Below are positions 39,351 to 53,650 of a stretch of DNA of 64,000 nucleotides, in pieces. The stretch's first letter is position 1. Each line of letters opens with the position of its first letter. The translations under genes and the position numbers were made by a program. The notes under the pieces are model-generated. The model did no database searches and had not been told where the DNA came from. It saw nothing but the letters and a program-made list of their open reading frames with translations. Where the stretch lies: the NCBI RefSeq assembly GCF_009914755.1, contig NC_060936.1; one strand, 5' to 3'. The stretch is from the human T2T-CHM13v2.0 reference genome, Homo sapiens.

Positions 39351-39493
39351 ACCTCCCCCTTGCCTTGTCCTTGTCAGTAAACTCAACGTGATTAACTTCC
39401 CTAGTTAACGCATATTCTCTCGTCCGATTTCCAGCTTCTGGGAATCCACAACTTCTTATTCTTAAAGAGCAAAATTCATCTAGACTAAATAAA

Positions 39494-39501
39494 TGACGTT
39501 A
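39494..39501 (-). promoter_or_regulatory. CRE-like element TAACGTCA upstream of CSRP2
   Basis: TGACGTTA on +, about 600 bp upstream of the TSS. Same variant CRE as I recall for the mouse Csrp2 TGF-beta/ATF2 element. Confidence 0.6.
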
Positions 39502-39883
39502 CGAAAACGCCCCATTCCCAAAGTGTTTCGCTCTTCCCCTCCACCAGGGCACAGCACGCGATGCTGAGGGGGAAGAAACCTAAACCCAGGCAGAAACCCC
39601 GGGCGCCACAGGCCCTGTATTTATATGTGTTGATGTCAGAAAAGCACAAGGATACCGTGACATCCGAAGGGACCTAATGCCTAAGCTACAGGATGATTTA
39701 TTGTTTTAGATGAAAAGGAAAATAAACAATGCAATCTCTATCTGGTTCATATTCTAGGCCTCCTCATGACCTCTCCTGCCAGAAGCAATGATCCCGGAGA
39801 ACTGATACTTGCGGAGTGGGGAGTTCAAAAAAGTCAGTGACCAAAACCCCCTCATGCCATAAATGCTATTGCCTCCTCTGGTC

Positions 39884-40078
39884 CAGAGTTTCTCATCCTC
39901 CACACCATTGACATCTTGGGCTGGATAATTCTTTATTGTAGGGGGCTGTCCTGTGCATTGTAGGAGGCCTCCACCCACTAGATGCCAGTTGCAACCTGCC
40001 CCCGACGTTGTGACAATCAAAAAGTCTCTGGACATTGCCAAATGCCCTCTTGGGGAGAGGGCAGGGAGCACATATCCG
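39884..40078 (+). mobile_element. MER20 (hAT-Charlie)
   Basis: TTGACATCTTGGGCTGGATAATTCTT...GGGGGCTGTCCTGTGCATTGTAGGA...GACATTGCCAAATG. Confidence 0.88.
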
Positions 40079-40615
40079 CATGACAACGTACAGAACCGAC
40101 TTATAATATTATTATTGTTTTATTTTATATGCTGGGGCCAATCCAGGATAAACTCATTATAGCTGCCTTGTTCTCTGTCCACCAAGTACTGTCCAAAAAC
40201 ACATAGTGGTGATTGACATCTCCTGATACTGTGGCAGGAGTCTGGAAAGCATTCTTGCCTGCTGTGAGCTTTTCTAAATATGGGCAATCCTTATTTCAGT
40301 GATATCAGCTAGTGTAAGTGACTTGACTCACGGGCCAACAGGAAAATTCAGTCCCTCAGATTCTACATTCGCTTTAGCTCAGCTGCTTACAATGTTTATT
40401 TTTTCTTGTATAAGTTTGCCTAGTGCTTCTACTGAATGAAACTGTATCAGTGAGTCTCACTGCAGCAAACCACTGCCCTTTCTCTCCTACCCTGAGTTCT
40501 TCTCAATGCCTCTTTGTGGAAGGGGCCTCCCAAACCTGAGCTGTTTGCTTTCCGTCAAGCTCATGTTGTCCCTAAATTCCATAGCCATGTCTTATCATTT
40601 GAAATTGGGCTTGTT

Positions 40616-40785
40616 GGCCGGGCGTGGTGGCACATGTCTGTAATCCCAGCTACTTGGAGGCTGAGGCAGGAGAATCACTTGAACCTGAGAGGTGGAGGTT
40701 GCAGTGAGTGGAGATCACGTCAATGCACTCCAGCCTGAGTGACAGAGGGAGACTCCGTCTCAAAAAAACAAAACAAAACAAAAAA
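40616..40785 (+). mobile_element. Single-monomer Alu (right-arm body) with perfect TSD
   Basis: 15-bp TSD GAAATTGGGCTTGTT at 40601 and 40786. Confidence 0.92.
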
Positions 40786-41009
40786 GAAATTGGGCTTGTT
40801 TCTGACCTAAAAGTGTTTCTGCTGTCTGTCCCTGTATGTGTTTGTCTCCGTGTACTTCACACTGAGTCTGCAGATGATATACAACGTGTGATTTTGAACA
40901 AATCTGTATTTGTATTTATCAACATTTAAAAAATATTTATTTTCTTTAAACATCTATTTAAACTGTTGACTCTTTTAGTTATGAACATGAAGAAATTATT
41001 TAAGAGTTT

Positions 41010-41260
41010 TTAGACAGAGTGGTGCAAAAGAAAGAGTATGGGCTTTGGAATCAAACACACATGATTTCAACATACAGCTCTGCCACCTATCAGTTTTGTA
41101 AGCTTGGGCTAAGTACTTGACCTCTATGCATCTGTTTCTTTATCTGTAAAAAGATAATTCTACACATCTTGTAGTGTTGTTATGAGGATTAAATTGGGTG
41201 ATGTATGTAAAATGCCAAACATAGCACCTGGCACATGGTAAATACTGAATAATTGATGGT
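41010..41260 (+). mobile_element. MIR
   Basis: GGCTTTGGAATCAAAC...CTCTGCCAC...TTATCTGTAAAA...TGAGGATTAAAT...GCACCTGGCACATGGTAA. Other MIR fragments lie near 21.6-22.0, 31.0, 34.2, 35.5-35.8, 36.8 and 46.0-46.2 kb. Confidence 0.8.
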
Positions 41261-42653
41261 TGTTATGTTAAGCAAAGATATCTTGATGTCCTTTTTGCCT
41301 CTCAAGAAAGAAATAAAATTGTGCTTTGCTAAGTACTCATGTTGCCTTCTTGAGGGCTTGCTATTAAGAAGGTATGGAGTGTTTTCCAAAACAATTAAGA
41401 GTCTTCAGTAGGAAGCATCTGCGCGCCTGCAGAAGGATAGTGGGAAAAATGTGTCCTCAAGGAGAAGGATAAACCCTTAAGTCCACATGGTCCTAGTCTG
41501 TTTGACCCCTTCAACCTTGTAATAGGCAGAATCAAAGGTTAAATGTGTCCAGCAGGCTATTTCTTTTTCCCACTCAAAATGTGTATTATACTTGTAACAA
41601 CTCTATTCTCTGGAATTCATCAACCAATTTCAAATCAAAGCCCTCTCTCAAGGTCACTGTCCTAAGGCAAGTTGAACCAAGGTTGTTGCCTTTTGTCATG
41701 ACCTTGTGCTTCAAACGTAGATTTTAAAAATATTTTTATTATTTTTATTTCATGCCCCTTTTTCTTAACAAAACTCTGAATCAGATGAATGTGAATTTAA
41801 ACACAAAGCCTCTTTATTTTAGGGCAAGGCTTTCTTCCCAGAAGGCAAGAAAGCTATAGTGAAGAGGAATGTCTTATTATAATGATTTTAGTATGAAAAA
41901 AAGGGAAACAATTTGCACTTTGCTAACCTACACATTTAATAACACAAAAAGAAGCAGTTTTTCTACCTTATTTCTTAGCTAAGATTTAGCAGCAGTTGTG
42001 GGAATTAAAAATTACTCATACTTAACCCTAATACTCTGTGATTTATTATCTGACAGAGAAAAGAATAATGTAAGTGATATATGCTTAAATGTTGGAAGGT
42101 AGATTAGAGTATCTTATTCTTGATATTTGTCATAGTTGCTTTTTTTAACCTGCTATAAACTCCTACTTTCTTATACTTGCTTCATTTCCTAACTCTCTTT
42201 CTCCAGTAGGCATTATTTTCATTCAGTGCTATTATCTTCTATTATGATGTTATTTATTTCTTCTTTTCAACCAGAGCTTTCTATCTTTTTGAGCTCTGCT
42301 TCTGCTTTCATATTATAGCAGAGTTTTTCTAGTTCTACTAGTAAGAAAGACACCATTAACTTCCCAGACAGCATATTCTATCCATCTTATCTTAACCCCT
42401 TAATTCCTTTATCTCACTTTTCTCCCTCTTTTTCAGCTGGTGACATCACCTTCTTCTCCTTCATTCACATTCACAGCCAGTCACCAACATTTCCTCAACC
42501 TTCCTCCACTTTGCCTCGAAGCTTCCATGTTTTCTCCTATGTTTGTACTTGCTGTCCCTGATCTTGGAGGAGCAAATGGTTCTCCCACTCCCTACCAACA
42601 GTGTCCACTCTGCCTAGGCTTTTGATCCATTTCTTTGGCATTTTTTAGTTATA

Positions 42654-42978
42654 CAGTCATGTGCCACTTAGTGATGGGAACAGGTTCTAAGGAATGCATC
42701 ATGAGACAATTTTACCATTATGCCAACATTGTAGAGTATACTTACACAAACCTACACCATATGGCCTAAGGTATAGCCTATTGCTCATGGGCTACAAACC
42801 TGTACAGCATGTGACTGTACAGAACACCACAGGCAATGGCAACACAATAGTATTTGTGTATCTAAACATATCTAAATATAGAAAAGGTACAGCAAAAACA
42901 CAGTATTGTAGTGTTACAGGACCACCCTCATATTTGTGATCTGTTGTTGATTGAAAATCTTCATGTGGCACGTGATTG
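42654..42978 (+). mobile_element. Tigger3a/MER7-type Tc1-mariner MITE
   Basis: TA|CAGTCATGTGCCAC...GTGGCACGTGATTG|TA: terminal inverted repeats with TA TSD. Confidence 0.88.
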
Positions 42979-43089
42979 TACTCCCTTGCTGTTCAATTTC
43001 AGGCTCTATTGCTTTCTTTCCTTTCAAATGACAAAAATTCTGCTCACCCCGTATTTTTAAAAGCTGACATAAATATCCCTGAGTCGTGT

Positions 43090-44040
43090 AGTAGGTATTT
43101 GTGATTGCCTCTGTAGCATCCATTCCTCTCTGTGTGGTTTCAGGCATGTGAGTTCATGGTCCTGTTTCAGGGTGGAGCACTGGATCCAGTCAAGGCATTT
43201 GAGGCCCCGGCTTGGGGATGGTAAGCACGTGACCTAAGCCCATCCAATTAGAGTGAATCTCAGAACTCTGCTGGGGTGCGGAGTCAGAGCCAAGCTAGCC
43301 TATTCTGGAATGTGCTATGTGCATGGAGGAGGCCTTAGAGTGGTTGCAGTCATTTTTGCTAGGAACCTGGCCACGGATGACTTGACACAGACAAGAGGAC
43401 AGAGAAAACAGAGCTCTGAACAAGTATTCACCAAGTTTACCTACCTGCAGGGCTTTTTCATTATGGGAGCCAATGAGTCCCCATTGCTGTTTAATCCATT
43501 TTGAGATGGATTTTCTGTTACTTGCAGTTAGGACTCCCAACAGATTGTGATGGCTTAAAATCATGTCCATGGATTCTTTGTTACTCCCCCCTTCAACAGG
43601 TAGAATTTAATTCATGCCCTTACCCTTGGGTGCGGGCTAGATTTAGTGCCTTGCTTCTAGAAAATAGAATGAAGTGCATGATTTTGAGACTAAGTCAAAA
43701 AACGCTTTGTGACAACTTTTTCCTCATTCTTCCCCCACCCTTTTCTTTTATCCATCCTCCCCCATCTCCAACATCCTGCCAACATGTGTGTGTGTGTGTG
43801 TGTGTGTTTCATCACTGCTATGGGGAAAGCCAGCTGCCATGTCAGGAGGACACTCAAGCAGTTAAGAACAGTGGCCTGTGGCCAACAGTCCCAGAGGAGC
43901 TAAAGCCTTCTGCCAACAAAAATATGAGTGAGCTTGGAAGGAGATATTACAGTACAGTACTGTCAAGCTTTGAAATGACTCCAGCCCTGGCTGACACTTT
44001 GACTGCAACCTCGTTAGAGATACTGAGACTCTCACTGTGG
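43090..44040 (+). mobile_element. Two adjacent old MLT1-family LTR fragments, with (TG)n at ~43786-43806
   Basis: MLT1-like motifs (ATGACTCCAGCCCTGGCTGACACTTTGACTGCAACCTC; GGGAGCCAATGAGTCCCC). Boundaries approximate. Confidence 0.6.
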
Positions 44041-44455
44041 TCATTGGAGAGTTCCTAATTGCCAAACCCCCAACTGCTATTTTTCAGTCCTTACCCTACT
44101 TGACCTCTTAGTAATTGGACAACATTGAGTAAACATATGATTGTGTATACATGCACAGAATGAAATATTTTAGAAGGATGACACTTCTGAAATTTCTCAC
44201 AAATGTTAACTTCTGTCTCTAGCTACTGTTCTGATGAGAAATGGAAAGAAATTTTGAAAGCTACCACCACTAGAAAGCTTAGTTTCTCCCCTAAAAAACT
44301 GTAATGTGAGCAACAGAGGATGCGTTAAACAATGTTTTTTATTATCTCACTTGTGATAAGATATACCATTTTATAAATATATATATATGTGTTTACTTTC
44401 TAACTTTTACATAGATTCCAAAATCCTTGCTAAAGATTACATAAAAATAAATGTA

Positions 44456-44774
<319 letters not shown>

Positions 44775-45346
44775 GTATACTCATCCATCCATTTATTCAG
44801 GAATTAAAAATTAAGTGTATATTTTATCTTAAATGTAGTTAATGACGTTTCCGTATATATATCTTGATCATTGAGCATCTCCAGAGAAAACCTCATAAAA
44901 ATTTCCACTTAAAACAGTGTGCGTGTGTGTGTCTGTGTATTTCTCTGGGAAATGATGTCAAGAACGAAATTCTGGAAACAATACATAATGCTATAATTGA
45001 TTGGCAGTTAATCATTTATGGCATATGCCTGCCAGGATTTTTGTGTAATCCTCACATACGGGATTAAAAATCATTCATAAAATAAAACTTTTCTTGTAAA
45101 AGAAAATACAAACTGTCACGTCTGTAGCTCTCACCTCATGAGAACAGTGTTAAGCTATGGGAAAAAGGTTAATGCCTTTAAAAAAAAAAAGCTTGTATAA
45201 ATCCTGTATTTACATGTTTTTAAGGAGTGCTGGCTTAGATTTTACTTTAAACAGTTTTTACTTCTGCTGTTTCAAAAAGATTGTGGGAACCTAATTCCCA
45301 TACCTAATTCTTAAATGATGTTATACGTTTAAAGACTCAAGCTATT

Positions 45347-45636
<290 letters not shown>

Positions 45637-45748
45637 TCAAGCTGCTGATTTATTTGTTCCTGTGTTCACTTCAATTGTAAGAGTTCAGAGTGCTACTGCA
45701 GAACCAAACTCCACTGACCTGTTAGTGGCTGGGTATGAGCTCAAATAC

Positions 45749-45838
45749 CGTGTGTGTGGTGTGTGTGTGTATGTGTGCACACATATATAAGTACACACAC
45801 GTACATATATGTGTATGTACAAACATACACACACACAG
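45749..45838. repeat. Alternating purine-pyrimidine (TG)/(TA)/(CA) tract
   Basis: TG run followed by a CA run, with a 16-bp palindrome at 45770-45785. Confidence 0.9.
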
Positions 45839-47298
45839 ACTTGCAAAATGATCTGTATCCTCTGTGAAGGGTATTGGGTTATCGTGGAGTGATCATCCAT
45901 CCAAATTCAGCTGAAAAACTATAAATGAGAAAGGGTCAAAGTACACGCCATTGGCTGTTCTTCAAGCCAACATGTGTTTCAACCAAATAGCAATGACTAT
46001 TGACTGAATGTTCCTTGCATGTTAAACATGTAGGAATATTGTTTTCTTGTCCTTGTAAGGTGATTATCTTTCTTTCCATTTGACATGTGAGGGAAGTGAA
46101 ACTCATGGAAATTGAATAACTTGTCCAAGGCCACATAGCTAGTAAGTGGCAGAACTGGGATTCAAATCCAGTCTGGATCCAAACCTCACACTCTTTCCAC
46201 TGCAGAACGTGGCCTTTTAGCAATGATCCTTTCCTGTTATACTAGAAGAGTGAAGAAAGTACCTTTGCTTAAAGACACTAAAAGACTGATAGCTCCTTGG
46301 GAGCAAGTCTTTCAGCAAACCGAACATAAATCTTTCCAATCTGAGGAGACCTCCCCAGCATAGCTGACTAAGATGAAGTCTAAGACAAGTAAGAGTACCA
46401 TGCAGAATCCGAGCTGGTCTTGAACCAGGGGAGGAGGGCTGGGGTTGGGGCCTCTGCTGAGAGAAGGTAGGGGTGTGGCATGAGGTGGATGCCAAGAAGA
46501 CACAAACACATTTAAAGGGCATCACATTTTGATGATCCTCTTGGGGCTAAAGCCTGCCAGATGATGGATGAGCATGTTACATTATGCTAACACAAAAATA
46601 CCAAACTCTAACTTAGAGAACAGCCAGGCTGCCATTTTGTCCCACCTCCTTTTTGGGACATAACGTTGGTATAAATTCCTTATACAGAGTGGGAATGGGG
46701 AGATGTACATGTGGTCTTGCCTCGGATGAGTCATTTAACTTCTTTAAGCTTAATTTTCCTAAGTCTGGCTGATCACTCAGGTCCCATTCAGCTCTAGGAT
46801 TCTATGATTCCACTAGTAGCAATTGTATGTCACATATTTTTTGACAAGGAAAGTGGTCACATGTATCCATCAGGGTTCTTAGTGGAAGATAACAGAAAGT
46901 ACAAGAAGAGCAAGGAGAAAAATGGTGCTATAGAGTCAGGATCAGTGCCTGACGCCAGAGTGGCACAGCTGATGCCTATACTTGCCTCTTAACATCTACT
47001 ATGCTAGGGCCTGAGAGTAGACCTTCTACTTCAGCTACTAGATCCGCCATCCTTGACCATGCCAGCCCCTTGTGCTGCTTATTTGCCTTCCAAATCTGGC
47101 TCAGGATATCTTCCATTAGGGCTTGGTGGAAATTATGTTATGTGTGGAACTCAAGCTGCAAGAGAGTCTTAGAAATGTTTACCTGTCTAGCCTCTGGAGT
47201 ACAGGAAGCCTTGTTCAAAGAGTCAGTGGGTGTTAAGTGACCCTGTGTGTAGTGTCTGCAACATCATGTTACATTGCTGTGCAAACAGGGAGGGATCA

Positions 47299-47586
<288 letters not shown>

Positions 47587-49130
47587 GGATCATATGTATA
47601 CCATGAGCCTATTTTTCTATCTGTAAAAATATACTCTATAAAAAAGTCTGAAAAGTGTACACTAAAATTTTAGGAGTGCTTTGATCCTCCTAAATTGTTG
47701 TGTTTTTATCTTCTTTTTGGTTCTCTGTATTGACCAATGTTTCTGCCATGAATGAGTATTACTTGTATAATTTCTTAAGAGTGATGCTTATTATTTATTG
47801 GCCTATGATTTTACCTGACATAAAGGTGGTATCCCTGCCCTTTTGTGTCTTGAAGATGTCTGTCTTCAAAGTACAGGCCACAGAATTAGACCTTGAAAAT
47901 AACTTTAAAGGGCAAGTAAACCATATTCCAATTCAGATCACGTTATCAAACTTCTAGACATTTGAATCAGTTTCTTCATGGAGACTCAGACAATACAATA
48001 ATGTCAGGAGATTATCTGGAGAAGTCTTTTTTTCTCCTTGGAGTCTTTTCACCCTCTCATCTCATGTCTCTCATTGCTCATATTAAAACAATGATAATTT
48101 TCTTATGAAGTCCACAGCGGCATTAGCCAGTTTTATTAATAAGCAAAGATAAATTTGAATTACAGATTATTTGTATGAAGATCACACAATGTCATACACA
48201 GGAATAGTGAAACAGAATGAAAGATAAAGCTGGAAAAGGAGGTGAGAACTAGACCCTAGCGGTCTTTGAATACCATGTTGAGGGATACCGAATCACTTAA
48301 AATCTCCTCCGCTCAAATTCCCTCAATGGGTGCTGATGTTTTTCAAATAGAAAATGCTAAAATATATTCAACCTATTCTTCACCTTGAAGTCTCTTTTTG
48401 AACTTGGATCAGTAGTGTATGAGATTTTGAAATCAATATATAATAATGATTCATAAAACTTGGCTTAAATCATTCGATTTATTTAATGCCACATAGAATG
48501 CTGTGAACTATTTCGGTGTTGGATTTCTATACTGTCTTTCTTCTAAAAATTCTCAGTTTGATTAAACCTAGTTTTTTCAAGCACCTGCTATGTGCAACGT
48601 ACATTGTTAGGCTTTGAGGAATACAGCAATCAAAGGTTTCTGCTCTCAAACAGTTTGCAGTTTAGTTAGGAGAGCCAAGACATTCACAAAACCCTGCAAT
48701 ACAGAGGATAATGTGGGACATAATATGGGAACAAAGGAGCTCAGATGGGGAGATGATCTTTATACTAGGATGCAAGAGCAGGCAGTTTGGTTTGGGAGGT
48801 TAGGGAGGCAGGGGGATGGGAAGAGTAAGAGAAGGCCAATAGGGGGTGTGTTGTCAGGCCAGTTGCCACTGTGGCTGCCTGGAGCTTAATCCCCTGAGGA
48901 ACATGGGAAATAATATGGAGACAAACTTAGAGTTATTCTACCCAAGGAGCAAAGCGGCTGAGGTCTTTATTTACCAACTTCCATCAGGGGCTTTTCTGGA
49001 GGGAATTACTTGTCAGTGCTTTTGGTCTGTCAAGCAAGTGAGCAGAGGGGTCTCTCCCAGGTGTGGAGGAAGCCCTCAGTCAAAGACAAAGTAGTAAAGG
49101 TAAAGTTGGAGGCATAAGAGTGGGACTTAC

Positions 49131-49424
<294 letters not shown>

Positions 49425-51221
49425 TTACCAGCATATGCTACAGAAAGAGGTTGATTCTAAGGGCAGAGGGATGTGGAAGTCTTGATACTTCAGGGAGGAT
49501 GTGGTACTTCAACTGAGCCTTAAGGAGATATGGCATCAACAGATATTGGCAGGAAAAAGCCATTCCAAATACAGGGAGCAAAGACCCAGAGAAGCCAAGT
49601 TCAGAATATTGTCCATAACTGATATAGTTGGTATAGCGCTATCTTGTCTGTTTCTCCCACTTAATATTACTTAATTCTATTTTCATTGCTGCCTAGTATT
49701 TCATGGTGTTAATGACTCTTAGCCATTCCACTATATTTAAACATGCGGGTTGTTTTCAAATTCATTATTAAAAATGTTCATTTAATCAATAGATATGTAT
49801 TCCACAAATATAAAGGTGAGCAAGATAGATTAAATACCTGCCCTTATGGAGTTGGCATTTTAGGTGGGAACATTATTGAAACCTATTCATGGCAGATCAG
49901 TCAGGCTGCAGTAGTTCACAGTGGTTCACCCTTGGGAGAGCAGGCAGGTGAATCAGGGAGCTGGCTGTGAGCTCCTCGCAGGCAGGGAACTGGCTTCTTT
50001 ACACTGAAAACCTCTTTAACTATCACACCACCTGGCATATATTAGATTCTGGGTAAAATTTGCTAATTATGGAAGAAAAATCCCTAAGCAGGGTGTGAAA
50101 GGGTTAATAAGGAGAACTCAAGTTTAGAGTCTTGTAAGAGAATCATTGTGAATCACAGCACTTTTTTCCTCTGTAATTTTCTGTGTGTCCTAAGACATAA
50201 AATTTATGTCTCAGACATTTTCTTTTGTGAAGTCTTTAGCTCGGGAGGAAATGTTTCCTGTGGCTAAGGACACATTTTCCTCGCTTGTTAACATCATAGT
50301 ATGTAAAGAAAGCTCTTCTTTAAATTCTAGAAGCAAACTATACCACATGCACGTTTTTACCACCTGTGTCTTCAGAGAAACACCTGCCCAGGCTTCTGGC
50401 TTTCTCTTGAATTATGTATCAGTCAGCAGTTGCATATATAATGTTTTATCTTGCTAAATTTTATCTCTTACTAAAACAGTTCATGAATCACTTCTTATGG
50501 TTTTCATATAGGCTACAGGATGACTGTATTCACATTTAGATCCAATTCTCTGACAAATCTAGGAGACTATCTTTAAAATTTACCCCCAAACATCTATTTT
50601 CTTGCTAAGACTTACTTTTTAAGATCTCTCCCCCACCTCCTCCTCTTTTTTTTCTTCTTATTCTAGTGTATTTCCCTCTCCAGAACCAACAGCTAACATT
50701 TTTTTCAGGTTTATTTTCAGGAATTAAATAAATTTATGTTACTATAAAAACTCCCTCATGATGAACAGCAAACGAGGATGCCACGTTGGAGTGTGTGTTG
50801 TGGGCGGTGGGCGGGGCTCATTCTTCATCAGAGGAGTGACTCACTCCCCAGGTGTGCCCCTTTGCTCCTGCAGAATCACAAATTACTATAGCAATGGAGC
50901 AACTTCTCATAAATAGCTAACATTGAAAATAGTAAACTTACGAATGCTAAAGGTCTGCATTAGTCTTTCCCAAACTGGCTTCAGAGGAGCATTAGAGTTC
51001 CTCAAGTTGATAATACGTATTTTGCAAAATAAAAGGTTCTGTTGTAAAATAAGTTCAAGAAACACTTCAAATTGTATCTTTCTCTTGGAAAGTTCATAAA
51101 ACACACCAACATTACAGCTTCCGAATCCTACTGAACTATACAAACCCTTCGCAAACCACCTAGTATTACTAACAATACATAGAGTACTAATGTTCTACAG
51201 AATATCATTTAGGAAAGAATA

Positions 51222-51492
51222 TTTTTTTTTTTTTTGAAACAGGGTCTTGCTTTTTCGCCTAGGCTGAAGTGCAGCTGCATGATTACAGCTCACTGCAGCC
51301 TCAACTTCCCGGGCTCAGGTGATTCTCCTCCTCAGCCTCCTGAGTAGCTTGGTACCACAGGTGGTTAAATTTTGTAGCAACGAGGTTTCGCCATGTTGCC
51401 TAGGCTGGTCTCAAACTCCTGGGCTCAAGGGATCTTCCGGCCTTGGCCTCCCAAAGTGCCGGGATTACAGGCATGAGCCACTGCACCCAGCC
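51222..51492 (-). mobile_element. AluJ-like element with internal deletion
   Basis: Reverse Alu; degenerate TSD ATTT(A/G)GGAAAGA. Confidence 0.88.
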
Positions 51493-51742
51493 ATTTGGGA
51501 AAGATTGATCTACATGATTTCTGTGGAGCTGATTTCCTGTATTAACCGGATAAGAGGATATGAACAGCTTTTTAGTTCTTGTTCTATGTGTCTGCCAATG
51601 GATTCAAACAACAATATGTAAGTACTTAGGACTGTGTTTCTATGACTAACAGGTTTCCTCTTGACTATGAATGTGGCTCACGCTATATGATTGATTAATA
51701 GATGAACATCATATGAGATATTGTTAGTTGACTAGTTTAACA

Positions 51743-52121
51743 TAGTGGTTCTGAAAGTGTGGTCCTGTACCAGAAGCTTCTGAATCACCTGAGAACTTGT
51801 TGGAAATTCAAATTATCAGCCCGGGCAACATAGTAAGACCCTGTCTATAGAAATAAAAAAAATCAGCCATACATGTTGGCAAGTGGCTGTTGTCTCAGCT
51901 ACTCTGGAGGGTGAGGTGGGAAGATTGCTTGAGCTCCTGAGTCTGAGGCTGCAGTAAGCTCTGATTATGCCACTACACTCGAGCCTGAGTGACAGAGACC
52001 AACCCCATCTCAAAAAATTGCAAATTCAGGCCCCACACGCATTAATTAGAAACTCTAGGGAGTTACGTTTTAGCAAGCCTGCTGGTTAATTCTAATACAT
52101 GCTAAAGTTTGAGAACGCCAG
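51743..52121 (+). mobile_element. MER5A-type hAT MITE interrupted by a truncated AluJ (51817-52017)
   Basis: TAGTGGTTCTGAAAGTGTGGTCC...AATCACCTGAGAACTTGTT and CTAAAGTTTGAGAAC termini surround an Alu fragment. Confidence 0.75.
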
Positions 52122-53269
52122 TTTAACACAGCCTAAGACATCTGCTTTCTGCTTAGAAGGGATAACAGGGACCAGATTTACCCTCCTACCTGAAATGACT
52201 GAAAAGCTAGACAGAATATACAAAACAGTGGTTCTCAGATATTGAACATGAGGCAGCACAGGACAGTCATCCCTGAGAAACAGTAAATAAGTGATTACTG
52301 TGAGTCGGCCAACTTACGACCTGGGGAGAGTTTCCAGGGTGATGTCAGGGAGAGGAAAGCCAGGAAGATCCTGGCCGTCTCTTTGAGTTAAGGAGATGGA
52401 TTAGGAGTCCAGGGAGACCAAGGTGGCTAGAATCTGCAGGGCAGAGTGCCAGACAAGAGAGAGCTACAGAGAAAGAAAAATCCAGAGAGCTGCAGAGGGT
52501 CCCCTCAGGTTTTTTATTGAGTACTAATCAGGGCATGACTTTTAGGAAACTAGCTGAGGCTAGAGAAAGACCCACCCAACCACCCAAATGGATCAGAGGA
52601 AATAATCTCTACAGCCTACAGAGGGCTGGGGATAGTTTTAGTTCCCACCAGCCAGAGAGGATAAACCTTCTAGTTCACAGAACAAAGGTAGAGAACTCAT
52701 CAGGTAGAATACTCAGAGGGTATTATTGCCTCGGTAGAGGAGCAAAGTTAAGGGCTTCCCCGATCCTGAATAATAAAGCTTAAAATTTTGAAAGGCTCAA
52801 ACTATCTCTAAATAACATAATTGCATCCCAGAACAAAGCTCAAGAATATTGATAGAAAAATTCATAATGACTGGTATCTAATAAAAATGTACCTGGCATA
52901 CAAAGAAACAGGAAAATACAATCCACAATGAGGGGCAAAATTGATAAATAGATCCAGAAATGATACAGTTAATAGAATAAGTAAACAAGGACATTAAAAC
53001 AGTTATAGCTATATTCCATAGAAGTTCATATGATAAAGTAGAGAAATCCTTGTGTATGTTAAGCAGATACATGGGATATATATTTTTAAAAGACCCAAAT
53101 TGAACTTCTAGAGATAAAAATACAAGGTCTGAGATGAAAAATGCAATCTATTAAGATATACAAAATAAAATACTAACTTAAAGACATAGCAACACAAACT
53201 ATCTGAAATGAAACACAGAGGAAAAAAAATGGAAAAAAATGAATAGAGAATTAGTGAGCTGTGGCATAA

Positions 53270-53650
53270 TTTTTTTTTTTTTTTTTGAGATGGAGTTTTG
53301 CTCTTGTTCCCAGGCTGGAGTACAATGGCGCGACCTCGGATCACCGCGACCTCGGATCACCGCAACCTCCGCCTCCTGGGTTCAAGCCATTCTCCTGCCT
53401 CAGCCTCCCGAGTAGCTGGGACTACAGGCACATGCCACCATACCCAGCTAATTTTTGTATTTTTAGTAGAGATGAGGTTTCACCATGTTGGCCAGGCTGG
53501 TCTCAAACTCCTGACCTCATGTGATCTGCCCACCTCGGCCTCCCAAAGTACTGGGATTACAGGCTTGTCTCAAACTCCTGACCTCAGGTGATCTGCCCAC
53601 CTCGGCCTTCCAAAGTGCTGGGATTACAGGCTTGAGCCATTACACCCAGC
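53270..53650 (-). mobile_element. Alu (AluS) with 16-bp and 67-bp internal tandem duplications
   Basis: TSD AGCTGTGG(C/G)ATAATTTT; duplications read directly from the sequence. Confidence 0.93.

Noticed and set aside
38522-39391. Overlapping 70-184 aa ORFs on both strands
   Set aside because: They lie in the CpG island where stop codons are scarce; they are Pro/Arg/Gly/Ala-rich with no recognisable domain.
43501-44058. 185-aa ORF, the longest in the track
   Set aside because: Lies within an MLT1 LTR plus a (TG)n repeat, has a non-ATG start and no protein features.
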